Part shown: piece by piece, positions 29,275 through 40,394 of the stretch
Position numbering within the stretch: the stretch's first letter is position 1
Layout of the letters: every line of letters starts with the position of its first letter
Source of the DNA: an uncultured delta proteobacterium
GTDB lineage: Bacteria > Myxococcota_A > Polyangia > Fen-1088
NCBI GenBank assembly: GCA_963737265.1
Contig: CAVTRY010000011.1
Location: 64,001 to 128,000 of the forward strand
Reading direction: 5' to 3'
DNA length: 64,000 nt
The notes under the pieces: generated by a model
Databases searched by the model: none
Told to the model about the DNA's origin: nothing
Seen by the model: the letters and a program-made list of their open reading frames with translations, nothing else
Translations under genes and position numbers: made by a program

Positions 29275-29302
29275 GTCTCGGCGTACCGCGGTTTCCCCTT
29301 GA
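29275..29302 (-). promoter_or_regulatory. Putative sigma-28 promoter of flbD-motAB
   Basis: Minus strand TCAA-N16-GCCGAGAC followed by GAGGAG. Confidence 0.6.
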
Positions 29303-29366
29303 GGCCCGGTCTGTGCTCTTTGGCGAGTGAACTCAATCCAGGAAGACCGCGGGGCTTAGCGATGGA

Positions 29367-30701
29367 CTAGCGCTTGAGTTGCATGAGCTCGGAGAGAAGC
29401 GTATCCGCGGTTTGAAGCGTCTTTGCATTCGCCTCAAAGTTGCGTTGCGCGGCAATCATGTTGACGAATTCGTTGGCAATGTCGACGTTCGACTGCTCGA
29501 GGGTGCCGGCAGAAATACTACCCCGGTCCGCGGTGGCAGGGGCGCCCAACGTGGGGGCACCGGACGCAGGCTGCTCCGAATAGAGGGTAGAGCCGTCTCG
29601 CTTGAGCTGATCGGGAGCCTGGAAGTTGGCAAGGATAACTTGTCCAAGGGTCCTGGTTTGTCCGTTGGTGAAACTGCCGGTGATAGTGCCATCTTGTCCA
29701 ACCGAGATCCCGCTTAAGCTGCCCGAGCTAGATCCCTCCTGGGTTACGAAGCTGACTGCGGAGTTCGCCGCATATTGGGTCAACCCGTCGAGTCCGCTTC
29801 CCCCGGCAAGGGTCCCTGTGCCAAAATCGAATGTGAGAGGTTGTGGGTCTGTCGCACCGAGCGGGTTGAATCCGTTCACGGTCGTCGTGTTCGAGATAAG
29901 TTTGCCTGCGGCGTCGAACTGAAGGGTGCCTGTGGCGACCTCGGTTGCTTTGCCGGGTGTGGCAACAGTGGCGCCATCGGATTCGGTAGCCAGATTGGCG
30001 CCGTCGGTGACCACGTGATACGTCCAATCGCCCGAATCGCCCGCTTGGGTGTCGGCGGCGTCGTTTTTCGAAAAGAAGATGTTTAGTTGGATGGCCTTGC
30101 CCAAAGAGTCGTAAACCGTCATGCTGGTATTGAAGTTCGATGTTGTCTCCGGATTGGCCGGGTCAAACGCTGGTGGAGCCGCGGCGGTCTGGTCGAGATT
30201 GCCGCGAATCGTGATGCTGCTGGTTGCAGCGGCTGGGGCGGAGGCGTTGCCGATTTCCAGGCCACCCAGAAGCCCGGATGTCACGGTTCCGGTGGCGTCG
30301 GCTTGGAGACCTTGAACCTGCAAACCGTCAAGGGTCGTCAAGTAACCATTCTTGTCGATAGTGAACTGACCATTGCGCGTGTAGTACGTGCCATCTTCGC
30401 CAGCGTAGTTGCCTTTGACGACAAATAGGCCATTGCCCTGAATCGCCAGGTTGGTCGAAACTCCCGTCGTCGTAAAACCGCCCTGAGAGAAGTTCTTTTG
30501 GATCGCTTGGACCGAGACGCCTAGGCCTTCTTGTCCATTCTCGCCGACCAGTTGTTGGGCCATCGCGTCGGCGAAGACGGTGCTGGCGGATTTGAAGCCG
30601 ACAGTGCTGCTATTCGCGATATTGTCGCCGACGACGCCGAGCTCGGTCGTCGTTGCATCGAGACCGCTTGCTCCCACGTACAGTGATGAAAATAGACTCA
30701 T
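29367..30701 (-). CDS. flgE: Hook protein FlgE
   Basis: GDNIANSSTVGFK, YTRNGQF, VYDSLG, LEQSNVD..MIAAQRNFEANAK. Confidence 0.96.
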   Translation of the reverse strand: MSLFSSLYVGASGLDATTTELGVVGDNIANSSTVGFKSASTVFADAMAQQLVGENGQEGLGVSVQAIQKNFSQGGFTTTGVSTNLAIQGNGLFVVKGNYAGEDGTYYTRNGQFTIDKNGYLTTLDGLQVQGLQADATGTVTSGLLGGLEIGNASAPAAATSSITIRGNLDQTAAAPPAFDPANPETTSNFNTSMTVYDSLGKAIQLNIFFSKNDAADTQAGDSGDWTYHVVTDGANLATESDGATVATPGKATEVATGTLQFDAAGKLISNTTTVNGFNPLGATDPQPLTFDFGTGTLAGGSGLDGLTQYAANSAVSFVTQEGSSSGSLSGISVGQDGTITGSFTNGQTRTLGQVILANFQAPDQLKRDGSTLYSEQPASGAPTLGAPATADRGSISAGTLEQSNVDIANEFVNMIAAQRNFEANAKTLQTADTLLSELMQLKR

Positions 30702-30722
30702 GTTCGCATCCTTTCCTTTTTG

Positions 30723-31397
30723 TTACTGATCCACTTCTGAAATGTCTGAAAGCTGGAGGGTAGAACCGCCTGCGATGAACTGGGGCGTTCCGTTGTTGGT
30801 CGTGAATCCGGTAATGACAGCGGATTGAATGAACGGAACAGTCTGACCCGTCGAATTCGTTGCGGTAAGCTGAGCCGCGTAGGTTCCGGTCGCGACGGGC
30901 GAGCCGTTGTCATCAAGGCCGTCCCACTGGAACGAATTGGCCCCAGACAGTCCACTGCCCAGGGCGGCTGTGCGAACGGTCGCACCGCTGCTATCTTCAA
31001 CGACCATGGTGACGTTGGCGGCGGCCGCCGTGAGACTGGCCGAAATGGTAACGGGGGTTCCTTGGGTTACGGCGATCTGACCGGTCGCTTGGTTCGCACT
31101 GAATTGAGCGGTCTTGCCGACCAAACTTGCCGCGTTTGAAGTGCTTTGCGCGGTCAGCATCTGGGTTAAGGTGTCGTTGACATTGGTCATCTGCTCAAGT
31201 GACGAGAACTGGGCCAGCTGGGCCACGAACGCAGAGCTGTCCATGGGTTGCGTCGGATCCTGATATTGAAGTTGCGTAGTGAGGAGCGTTAGGAATTGTT
31301 GTTTTCCAAGGGCCGTAGGATCGTTTTGCTGCGCAGTCTGCTGCGCGGCTGCCGTTGCTGCACCCTGGATTTGCGAAACAGTGGATTGTATTGCCAT
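30723..31397 (-). CDS. flgD: Hook capping protein FlgD
   Basis: FLTLLTTQLQYQDPTQPMD..QLAQFSSLEQ, WDG. Confidence 0.95.
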   Translation of the reverse strand: MAIQSTVSQIQGAATAAAQQTAQQNDPTALGKQQFLTLLTTQLQYQDPTQPMDSSAFVAQLAQFSSLEQMTNVNDTLTQMLTAQSTSNAASLVGKTAQFSANQATGQIAVTQGTPVTISASLTAAAANVTMVVEDSSGATVRTAALGSGLSGANSFQWDGLDDNGSPVATGTYAAQLTATNSTGQTVPFIQSAVITGFTTNNGTPQFIAGGSTLQLSDISEVDQ

Positions 31398-31407
31398 GGT
31401 TAACTCC

Positions 31408-34400
31408 TCATGCGGTGACGTGAATGTGTCGGTCGGCCGCGGCGTGATTCTTGGGCGAGGAAGCTGCGGAACGAAGGGTGGCGACGGGCGAATGCGTGTC
31501 CCGCTCCGTGATGCTGGGGTTGCTCTGGCCCTGCTGGCTTTGTTGCCCGGGCTGGCCGTTGTGTTGGTCCGTGGCGAAACTGCCCAGGGTTAGTCCCTCG
31601 CCGGCCAACACGGTGCGGACCTCGGGCGCCTTTGCCTCGAAAAGGGGTGACATCGTTCCGGTTACGTTGACGTCGGTGTTTCCGTCGCGCACGCGAACGT
31701 GGAGCGCGAGATCGCCGCTATTTGAGGCGATGGCAAGGTGGGCGGCATGCGGTAACACGGTGACGGAGAGACCTGGATCGTTGGCCACCCTGTCGACTAA
31801 TCCGGCTGCGTCTGGGGTAAGGACAGGCGGTGTCCAGGCGTCAGTCGAGGGCCTGGCGCTTGCAGGTATTGCCAGCGCCGGTTGTGTCGGGAAGAGCGCG
31901 GGGCGGTCTGCAGGGTTGGGCAGAGAGGGCGGCGTGTTGGTCGCCTGGGTGGTAGATGCTGGCTGGGTTTCGTGTCTCGCCGGAGAATCCTCTTCGCTGG
32001 GGTTCAGGCGGTCGGGCGGCTGCAATGAATCGACTTTCGGGGGCGGAAGGCGGTCGGGAATCTCGGGCGGGGCTGGCGTCGCAGGGTGTACCGTGGGACT
32101 TGCCGCCGCTTGCCCGGCAGAGGAGTTCGCGACTTTCGCCGTGGCGGCCCCCTCATCCTTCCGCTTGCTGCCGCGCGGGGCTGGTGTGGCTGCGCCTGCG
32201 CTTTGGGCGTGCGAGTGGTTCGGGGCGGGCTCTGGTGGGGGCGCCGGCGCCGTGGAAGCGGCTTTTCCGGCTGGGTCTGCGGTCCTTGTGGCGCTGGTCC
32301 CTTCCGCCTCAAGATCGTCGGTCGCCTCGCGGCGGCGGGCGGGCAGGCCCGGCTCGTCCACCGTCGTTGTGGTCGTACGCGTAGGTGCAGGCGCGCTCCT
32401 TGGCCGGACTACGGTGGTGGAAGGAGGCGCGGTTTTGCGCGGGGAGGCCGTGTCCTTTGTGGTTGAAGGAGAGCTAGCGATCGGCTCGGGAGAGAGTACT
32501 GGCGGCTCGAACGGGCGAGGCGCCCTCTGCTGAACCCGTTATCGTCGAGGAGGGCCGTTGGTGTTGCCGAGGCTGGCGACGAGCAGGCGCCGGGGCTGCG
32601 GCTGAGGCGGTTTCGGGCGCGGGCGCCGGGACTGAAGCTGTTCCGTGCGCGGGTGTTGGAACGGAAGCGGTTTCGTGTGCGGGCGCTGGGACTGAAGCTG
32701 TTCCGTGCTCAGGCGCCTTGACGGGAGTTGTGCCGTGGGCGGGCGCCGGGGCTGCGGCTGTTCCCTGCGCGGGTGCTGGAACGGATGCGGTTTCGTGCGC
32801 GGGCGCGGGGCCTGGAGCTGTGTCGTGCGCGGGCGCCGGGCCTGAAGCTGTGTGGAGCGCGGGTGTTGGGACGGAAGCGGAGCTGGGTGCGGGCGCTTGG
32901 CGGGTGTCGCTAGCGCGTGGTGTTACGTTCATCGGGCTCTGTGTCGCCGCGCTTCGGGGCGGCGTCGACATCGGGATGACAATTGGGTTCGACTTGGCCC
33001 CGGTAGCGGGTGTTGGCCGTGCGACGTTTTGAGGCTGCTTTTCGCCAATCGGAGCGGGATGGTCCTTTTGCGAAGAGGGGTCGGCGTGGTGAGACTCGGG
33101 TGACGCCTCCGTGCGCGGAAGGGGCTTTGCCGAGCCTGGCTGTCTCATTCCCGGCGACGCGCCTGGAATGAAGAGCTCGGTCTCGTGCGCTTTCACCACA
33201 GGAGCGGATGTCGCCATCGGACGCTTACTCTGTGGCTGCTGAGTCCTCTGCGCGTCTCCGAGTGGGCCGCTCTGTTCTCGCAGCGTGGACGCCGATTGTG
33301 GCGGGCCCTCCGGCTCGGGAGATTTCGCTGTCGGCATCTCAGGGCTGGCAGCCCGTGGTGAAAGTCTCCGCGTCGCCGCTCGGGTGGATTCTGGGCCGTC
33401 TGCTGCGTCTCCGCTCGCTTGAATACCTCTAGTATTCGGCGCTTCGCTGCTCCTTGCATCCGGCCCGAATCCACTCCGGGCGGCTCGGTCCGAGTTCCAC
33501 CACGGGCTGCCAGCCGAGGCCGCCTTCGCAGGATGAAAATTATCGCGCGATGTATGCGCCAACTGCGCACCGGGGCGAGTCTCGTGAGTAGCCGCCGCGG
33601 CCGGGTCGTAAGCGGCCGTCTCGAGCGACGGTCGGGTCGTCCCATGCGGGTTCGGTGTGTCCCCGGGCGTTTGGGGAAGGTTGTCGTCGTTGTGGAGTGG
33701 ACGTGCGGACGATCGAGCTGATTGTGGCGCTTGTGGTTCTTGGCGTGGCGGAAGGTAAGTCGGTCGTGGCGCTGCCACAGTGACTTTGGACCTCGCATCC
33801 TGGGTGTCGTGGGTCCTACTGTCAGTCGCGATGTGGGGTACCGTGGTGGTGCGAGTGTGTTCCGGAAGCTGCGGGGCGGTTGCCGGGGTGACCGGGAGGG
33901 CGTTGCCCACCGGCGAAGACGGCGCATGGTCGCCTTCCACGCGCGCTGGCGCTTCGTGGCTTTGCGCACGGGATTCCAGCTCAGGACGTGCATGAGCGCT
34001 CTCGGGGGTCTCGGCGCGGCTATGGGCGGTTTCATTGGGCGCGGGACTCGCGCCAGGTCGAGATACTGGAGCGTCGGCCCGTGACGTCGGACCGAGATGA
34101 TTGTCCGGGCCGTTCTTCTGATCTGCGGCGGTGTCGCGTGCCTCGGCGCCCGCAGTGGGCGGGTTCTTGGCCGGCGGCGCGTCGTGGCTGGTCGCACTCG
34201 ACAGCGCAGTCAAGTCAGCCTTGTTTTCAAGGACCGGCGCGGAAGGAATTGACCGTGCATCAGCCGAAACAGTCGCCCGGATCGTGTCGCGCGCGCTCGC
34301 ACCCGCGGTGGCAACAGGTGCCTCGTGGCTCGGCGGTTCCGCCGAGACGCGGACGGGATCTGGCTCGTTCTTGGTGTCGCCGTGGATCCGTGGCGTGTCC

Positions 34401-34846
34401 CCGTCGGCTCGCTCTTCGCGCGCCTCGTGTGCGGCCGCCAATCGCTGGGTGGGCGGCGGTTGAATTTCGGCTTGTTTGGCCGGTTCCAGCATCCGTGACA
34501 CCGCGGCCGCTTGCTTGCCATCGCGGTCCGGGTCGTTGTGTGTGGGGGCATTTTTCGCGACCGGATGGTCCGGTGCCGCCCTTTCTTCGGCGTGGGAATC
34601 TTCTTGGGAGAGCAGGTGGGACGCCACCGGTTTCTGTTCCGTGCCGGTGGACGTGGTCAGGTGGTCGTTCGTCGTCAGCGTGTGCTGCTCGTTGGTGATC
34701 TCACCCAGGACTTGGGCAAATCTTGCCGACCGGGTGTCAATATTGCCGTGTTCCGCACGCGAACCTGCGCGGGCGCGAGCGTTGGCCAGTGCCGCGGCGC
34801 CGTGGTCGCCCACGTGAAAGTTCGTCGTCGCACGCTGCGTGCTCAC
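31408..34846 (-). CDS. fliK: Very long hook-length control protein FliK (about 1145 aa); +1 frameshift near 32510 in this sequence
   Basis: P/A/T-rich low-complexity region, C-terminal GDLALHVRVRDG..PEVRTVLAGEGLTL then Q-rich tail; directly upstream of flgD; GTG overlaps the upstream stop. Confidence 0.7.
32585..32885 (-). repeat. About 10 imperfect 30-bp tandem repeats encoding PAPAH(E/G)TASV in fliK
   Basis: TASGPAPAHDTAPGPAPAHETASVPAPAQGTAAAPAPAHG.. in the translation. Confidence 0.85.
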
Positions 34847-35803
34847 TTCGGCGGTCCCTTCTTGTCCTTGGCGTAGATTGGTTTCCGGATCGCGATTTCG
34901 GTGGCCAGATCGGCCGCCAACTCCGGCTTGATAAGGCCGAGCACTGCGCCAGCGTCGACGGCCTTCATCCTGCGCAGGATCTCCGCCGCCAAAGCACGAT
35001 CGAGTCGCGTGATGACCGCCGCGGCTTGCTCGGGCTTCATCCCTTTCATCGCCTTGGATACGGAATCGATCTGCTCGTTGGTGGCTTCGCGCAGCGCCGA
35101 CGCCGGGAGCGACGTCGACGGAAGCAGCGGCTCGCCGATGGGCATGTTGCCGCCGCCGATATTGCAATTTCCGGCCGCCCTCAGCAGGGCTTCCAATCGC
35201 GCGGTTTCCTGGCGCAAGGCCTCGCGGGCTTTGTCGATATCCGCGATCTGGTCGGTGTGACCGTGCTCGAACGGACGGGCTCGCGTTGTCGCTGGGAAGC
35301 TGCGGTCCCTTCGCGAGTTGATTGCGAAGAGCGGCCAAGGTCAGTCCGGGCGGAACCACCGCGGCGTAGCGGTCGGCCGACCACGCGTTCTTGCGGTCGG
35401 CCGGATCGTCTCGGTCATAGTGATCGACACGATCGGTTCGATCAGGAATCGCGACCCTGCGTGCTCCGCGTTTGCGGGCACGAATCTTGGCAGGAGACTC
35501 GGCAATAACTTCCTCCTCGGGCGGGATCGCGGTGGCCCGCGTTTCTTCAATTTTGGGCGGACTCTTGGTGCTCTTTTCCGCCGGGACGGGCGTGGCCGTC
35601 TTGGTGGCGCTGGGTGAGGCGGCGAGCTTGGGCGACTTGGGCTCGCTGGGCTTTCCCACCGTCGGTGAGGTTGGTGCCTTGGGGCCGGCGACGATGGGTG
35701 ATGCCGGTGTGTCGGCATCGCGTCCGTGGGGCGGCGGAGACAGCGGATCCGTCTGCGTTGCCGCAGCCAGAACTAGCCAAAGCGTGATGGCGAGACTAGG
35801 CAC
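34843..35803 (-). CDS. MotE/YlxF-like flagellar protein with signal peptide; +1 frameshift near 35270 in this sequence
   Basis: C-terminal KAMKGMKPEQAAAVI..AEILRRMK..AGAVLGLIKPELAA (MotE/MgtE-N like); N-terminal signal PSLAITLWLVLAAA; between fliI and fliK. Confidence 0.7.
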
Positions 35804-37151
35804 GTCGTTCCTCCTGTTTGGGAACAGCTGCAAGGGGCTTGCCATCGAGTGCCTTGTGGAGGCGTGTCAGCGTTTCGGCGAGTGTGAATCGTTCGTTCGG
35901 CTCCTGGCACAGGAAGGCGTTGAGCTCGTTGATGCAGCGAAGAGCGGCGTCCACGCGCGGATTGGTACCGCTGACATACGCGCCGACCTCGACCAAATCG
36001 GCGGCGTCTTTGTAGGCCGAAAGCACATCGCGCACCCGGCGCGCGAGCGCGCGGTGATCGGGTGTCACCACGTCGTTCATCACGCGGCTGACGCTGCCGA
36101 GGATGTCGACGGCGGGGAAGTGGCCCGCCATGGCCAGGTTGCGGCTGAGCACGATGTGGCCGTCGAGACAGGCGCGCGAGGCATCGACCACGGGATCGGT
36201 TAGATCGTCGCCCTCGGCGAGCACGGTGTACATGGCGGTGATGCTGCCTTTTCCCTCGCTGTTGCCGGCCCGCTCAACGAGGCGGGGCAACATGGCGAAC
36301 ACCGACGGGGGATAGCCGCGCGAGGTGGGCGGCTCGCCCGCGGCCAGACCGATTTCACGTTGGGCCATGGCCACGCGGGAGAGAGAATCGATGAGCAAGA
36401 GCACGCGCTTACCCTGATCGCGAAAGAATTCCGCCACCGCCGTGGCGGCCATACCGGCGCGCACGCGCACGAGCGGCGATTCGTCGCCAGTTGCCACGAC
36501 AACCACCGAACGCGCGAGACCGTTGCCGAGATCGCGCTCGACGAATTCGCGCACTTCGCGGCCGCGCTCGCCCACTAGCCCGACCACGATCACGTCGGCG
36601 TCCGCGCTGCGCGCGAGCATGCCGAGAAGGACGCTCTTGCCGATGCCGGGACCGGCCATGATGCCAAGGCGCTGGCCCTCGCCGCAGGTCAAACAGGAAT
36701 CGATGGAACGTATGCCGAGCACCAGCGGGCGAGTGATGCGTCGACGGGTCATGGCCCGCGGCGCCGCGGCGTGAATCGGCACGCGCGCGTCGAGAATAAG
36801 GCCGCCGCGGTCGTCGAGCGGCTCCATGGCGGCGTTCACCACGCGCCCAAGCAGCCGCGTGCCCACCGTGATTTCACCGGCGCTGGCGCGCGGAATGACG
36901 GGACAACCTTCGCCGATTCCCTTCACATCGCCAAAGGGCATGAGAATGGCATTCGAGCCCGAAAAGCCGACGACCTCGGCGGCGATGGTCTGTCCGCCGG
37001 CGATGCGTATCTCGCACGAGCTTCCCACCGCCACTTGCGGCAGCACGGCTTCGACCACGATGCCGGACGCGCGCGTGACCTTTCCGGCCAAGACACACGA
37101 CTGGGCTTCGGCAAGCGAGCGTTTGAAGGCGGCGAGATTGACCAGGCTCAT
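35796..37151 (-). CDS. fliI: Flagellar export ATPase FliI
   Basis: GPGIGKS, GERGREVREF, DSLSR..AQREIGLAAGEPP..GYPPSVF. Confidence 0.96.
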   Translation of the reverse strand: MSLVNLAAFKRSLAEAQSCVLAGKVTRASGIVVEAVLPQVAVGSSCEIRIAGGQTIAAEVVGFSGSNAILMPFGDVKGIGEGCPVIPRASAGEITVGTRLLGRVVNAAMEPLDDRGGLILDARVPIHAAAPRAMTRRRITRPLVLGIRSIDSCLTCGEGQRLGIMAGPGIGKSVLLGMLARSADADVIVVGLVGERGREVREFVERDLGNGLARSVVVVATGDESPLVRVRAGMAATAVAEFFRDQGKRVLLLIDSLSRVAMAQREIGLAAGEPPTSRGYPPSVFAMLPRLVERAGNSEGKGSITAMYTVLAEGDDLTDPVVDASRACLDGHIVLSRNLAMAGHFPAVDILGSVSRVMNDVVTPDHRALARRVRDVLSAYKDAADLVEVGAYVSGTNPRVDAALRCINELNAFLCQEPNERFTLAETLTRLHKALDGKPLAAVPKQEERRA

Positions 37152-37795
37152 TGTGCGTCCTCCCAGGCGCCGGTTTCGAGTACCCGGCGCAGCTCTTCGA
37201 TGCGCGCGTTGATGCGGCCATCGACCGTGACGAGATCTCCCTCGACCAGGCAGTCGCCGCGACTCAAGGAAGCGTCGGGAACGATCTCGACGCGCGAAAT
37301 GGCGGCGGCGACGACGGCCTGAGGGCCGCGACTTTCGATGACGGAGTTCATGCTGCGCGCGTCGTCGGGAGAGAGGTGAATCGCGATCCGGCGCGATTCG
37401 CCCAGGCGCTTCACAGCCGAGCGCACCAGGTTGACCAGAGGCTCGGCGCTCGCGGAAAGCTCCATCTCGAGAATGCGCCGAGCGACCAGGAAGCCAATCT
37501 CGAGGGCGTCGGTGCGTGCTTCTGCGGCCAGTTTTTCCGCGGTGGCGCGCAGGACCTCGACCGCCGCGGCGGTGCGTTCGCTGAACTGGGCCGCCAACTT
37601 TTGCGCTTCGGCGATGGCGGCCGTCGCGGACTTGCTGTCGCTATCGTCCGCGTCGGCGAGCGCGCTCGCCATGATGGGCGGTCGGAAGCGTCCGTCGCCG
37701 CTGGGCTTGAAGGCAGCGCTCTCGACCCGTGCGCCGGCGCTCAGTTTGCCAAGGAAACTAGGGCGGCGAAGCGCCTGATTTTGCGTGGTCGCCAT
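37148..37795 (-). CDS. fliH: Flagellar assembly protein FliH
   Basis: IHLSPDD, DASLSRGDCLVE..VDGRI; between fliG and fliI. Confidence 0.88.
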   Translation of the reverse strand: MATTQNQALRRPSFLGKLSAGARVESAAFKPSGDGRFRPPIMASALADADDSDSKSATAAIAEAQKLAAQFSERTAAAVEVLRATAEKLAAEARTDALEIGFLVARRILEMELSASAEPLVNLVRSAVKRLGESRRIAIHLSPDDARSMNSVIESRGPQAVVAAAISRVEIVPDASLSRGDCLVEGDLVTVDGRINARIEELRRVLETGAWEDAQ

Positions 37796-37798
37796 GGG

Positions 37799-38821
37799 TT
37801 ACACCATCTTGTCCGTGGGGTTGACGATGGTGATGCGACCTTGTTCGGCGAGACCGAAGGCCACCTTCACCAACTCGGCCTGCGCGCCTTCGACGGCGGC
37901 CAGCTTGACCGGGCCCATGGCCTCGATTTCGTCTTCCAGCATCTGGCCCGCGCGTGACGACATGTTCTTGGTGAAGCGCAGTTTGATGGGGTCGGGCGCA
38001 CCCTTGAGCGCCGTGGATAGCTGGCTCATGTCGATTTCGCGAATGAGCGTCTGCATGTCGCGGTCGGTGAGGTTGATGAGGTCGCCGAAGGTGAAGAGCT
38101 TGCCCCGTAGCGAGGCGGCCAGCTCGGGGTCGTCCTTCTCGATTTCGCCGACGACCTCGGACTGTTGGGCCGCGGGAACCGCGCGCAGCAGCTCGACGGC
38201 AACGCCGCGACCGTCGACACGCCGGGTGTTGGCCGGCACCGACGCGGTCAGCTCGTCGCTGAGTCCTTGCCCAACCTGGCGTAGCACATCCGGCGCAACC
38301 GATTCGAGCATGGCCAAGCGGCGCACGATTTGGGGGCGCTGGTCGACGGGGATGTGTTTCAAGATCGACAGGGCACGCGCGCGGTCGAGAATGCCGAGCA
38401 CGACCGCCGCGGTCTGCGGCAGCTCCCGCGTGAGCAACATGGCCAAGGATTCGGGATCGGCCTCGGAGAGGGCGGCGAAGGTTTCAGTCACGGGCACCTC
38501 GGATTCAGCAGGCGTGTCGAATATGCGCTTGGCTACATCGAGACCCATGGCGCGCGCGGTGGCCTCGCGCAAAAGTCCATCGGCGCCGTAGGCGTCGGCG
38601 GAGACTCCTGACATGGCATTGACGAAGGCGTCCAAGGCGGCCGGGACGATCGAGGGATCGCGACGGAGGTCGCGGGCGCCGGCGGCGATGCGCTCGACGA
38701 TGTTCTCGTCGAGCGTCTTGAAGATTTGCGCCGCGACCTCTTGCCCGAGTCCAAGCAGGACCGCGGCTGCGCGCTGCGCTCCCGCGCCAGCAGAGAGCTC
38801 GACGAGAGCGCTATCGGCCAT
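37799..38821 (-). CDS. fliG: Motor switch protein FliG
   Basis: RAAAVLLGLG, ELPQTAAVVL, LFTFGDL, NMSSRA, MGPVK. Confidence 0.95.
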   Translation of the reverse strand: MADSALVELSAGAGAQRAAAVLLGLGQEVAAQIFKTLDENIVERIAAGARDLRRDPSIVPAALDAFVNAMSGVSADAYGADGLLREATARAMGLDVAKRIFDTPAESEVPVTETFAALSEADPESLAMLLTRELPQTAAVVLGILDRARALSILKHIPVDQRPQIVRRLAMLESVAPDVLRQVGQGLSDELTASVPANTRRVDGRGVAVELLRAVPAAQQSEVVGEIEKDDPELAASLRGKLFTFGDLINLTDRDMQTLIREIDMSQLSTALKGAPDPIKLRFTKNMSSRAGQMLEDEIEAMGPVKLAAVEGAQAELVKVAFGLAEQGRITIVNPTDKMV

Positions 38822-40391
38822 GACTCATCTCCTTGGTGCTGCCTCGTTGATTGGAGTCGGACTCGACCCAGGCGCGAAGCAATCCGGCGGCTTTGGCGGG
38901 ATCGGTCTTGCTCAATTCGCGCGCTTGCTCGCGCAACACGAGAGCGTCCGCGCGGCCCGCCACGGACGTCATGCCGCCCTCGGCGCGGTTGAGCAGCATC
39001 TGCACGTCACCCACCCGCGACCCAGGCTTGATCATGCTCAGCATGGACGTCATTCGGCGGTAGACCCGGAACACCAGCAGGATGCCGAAGAAGGCGAGAA
39101 CCCCCCATACGATCATGCGTCCCAGGCGCCAGAGATCCGCTCTGTCCCAGATGGGCATGGTGACCGTGCTCTCGTCGATCTTGGTGAAGGGGGCGCTGGA
39201 AATTTCGAACACGTCGCCGCGCTGGGCGTCGAAGCCAATGGCGTGCTTGGCGAGGTCTGAAAAGCGGCGGACGTCGGCCTCGCCGCGCGGTTTGCCCCCT
39301 ATGCCGTCGATCAGGACCGCCGCGGAAAGACGCAGAATCCGCGGCGTGCGGGTAATCGTGTGCGTGACCTTCTTGGTGATTTCGTAGTTGCGGACCTCGT
39401 CGTCGCGCGCGGTTTGCGACCGCGAGGAGCCGGAGCCGCCGCCCGGCACCGCCGCGATGGGTTGATTGGCCGCTGCGCCCGCAACACCCGCGCCAGTGGT
39501 GCCGTCGCTGTTGACGGTCTCGGTGGTCTTGTGCTCGCTGCGCACCGTGGCCGAGTCGGGATCGTAGTTGTCTTGGGTTGTTTCCACCTCGGTCGTATCC
39601 ACGGTGGCGGTGATCTTTGCGACGATCGACCCTCGGCCGAGCGCGGGTTCAAGCAGATCGGTGATGCGTTGTTCGAGCCCGGCCTCGATGTCCCGCTGTT
39701 CCTTGGCGATCTTGCCCGAACTCGACAAATCGCCCGACAGCACGGTTCCGCGCTGATCGACAACCGTTACGCTATCGGGATTGAGCCCGGCGACGGCGGA
39801 TGCGACCAGGTGGCGCACGCCCGCGAGCTCTCGATCCTGCATGGTCCTTCCCGGCTGCAGGTTGAGCACGACGGCCGCCGTGGCGTGGCGGTCATCGTCG
39901 CGGTAGAGCCCCTTTTCCGGCAGGGTCACGTGCACGCGCGCCGAACGCACCGCTTGCAATCGCGAAATCGTTCGAGCCAACTCGCCCTCGGTGGCTCGGC
40001 GCAGATTCACTCGCTGCGTGAACTCGGAAGCACCGAAATCGCCGCGGTCGAACAGCTCGAAACCAACGCCGCCTCCGCGCGGCAAGCCCTGCGCCGCGAG
40101 CATGAGGCGCGCTTCGTGGACTTGCGACGCTGGCACGGAGAGCGCACTGCCGCCGGCCTCGGCGCGGAACGAGATCCCGGCAGCCTTGAGCGCCGCCGCA
40201 GCGTCCGTGCTGTCCTCGGGCCCGAGGTTGGTGAAAGCGTATTGATAGGTCGAGCCGCTGCCAAACACCACGGCCACCACGGCAACGACGGTGGCCAGCG
40301 AGAGAACACCGGCCAGCAGCATTCGCGTTGCCGCGCTCAGTTCGGCGTAGCGTTTGCCGGCATCACGCATCGATTTGAGGATCGGTTCCAT
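38811..40391 (-). CDS. fliF: MS-ring protein FliF
   Basis: GFELFD, RATEGELARTI, ARVH, LVASAVAGL, NYEI, RLSAAVL. Confidence 0.96.
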   Translation of the reverse strand: MEPILKSMRDAGKRYAELSAATRMLLAGVLSLATVVAVVAVVFGSGSTYQYAFTNLGPEDSTDAAAALKAAGISFRAEAGGSALSVPASQVHEARLMLAAQGLPRGGGVGFELFDRGDFGASEFTQRVNLRRATEGELARTISRLQAVRSARVHVTLPEKGLYRDDDRHATAAVVLNLQPGRTMQDRELAGVRHLVASAVAGLNPDSVTVVDQRGTVLSGDLSSSGKIAKEQRDIEAGLEQRITDLLEPALGRGSIVAKITATVDTTEVETTQDNYDPDSATVRSEHKTTETVNSDGTTGAGVAGAAANQPIAAVPGGGSGSSRSQTARDDEVRNYEITKKVTHTITRTPRILRLSAAVLIDGIGGKPRGEADVRRFSDLAKHAIGFDAQRGDVFEISSAPFTKIDESTVTMPIWDRADLWRLGRMIVWGVLAFFGILLVFRVYRRMTSMLSMIKPGSRVGDVQMLLNRAEGGMTSVAGRADALVLREQARELSKTDPAKAAGLLRAWVESDSNQRGSTKEMSHGR

Positions 40392-40394
40392 GGT

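Noticed and set aside
32585-32885. Regularly spaced repeats as a CRISPR array
   Set aside because: Degenerate in-frame 30-bp coding repeats with no unique spacers and no cas genes
32474-35845. Single 1123-aa ORF in the track
   Set aside because: Chimera of the motE-like N-terminus, out-of-frame sequence and the fliK N-terminus, created by the frameshift near 35270
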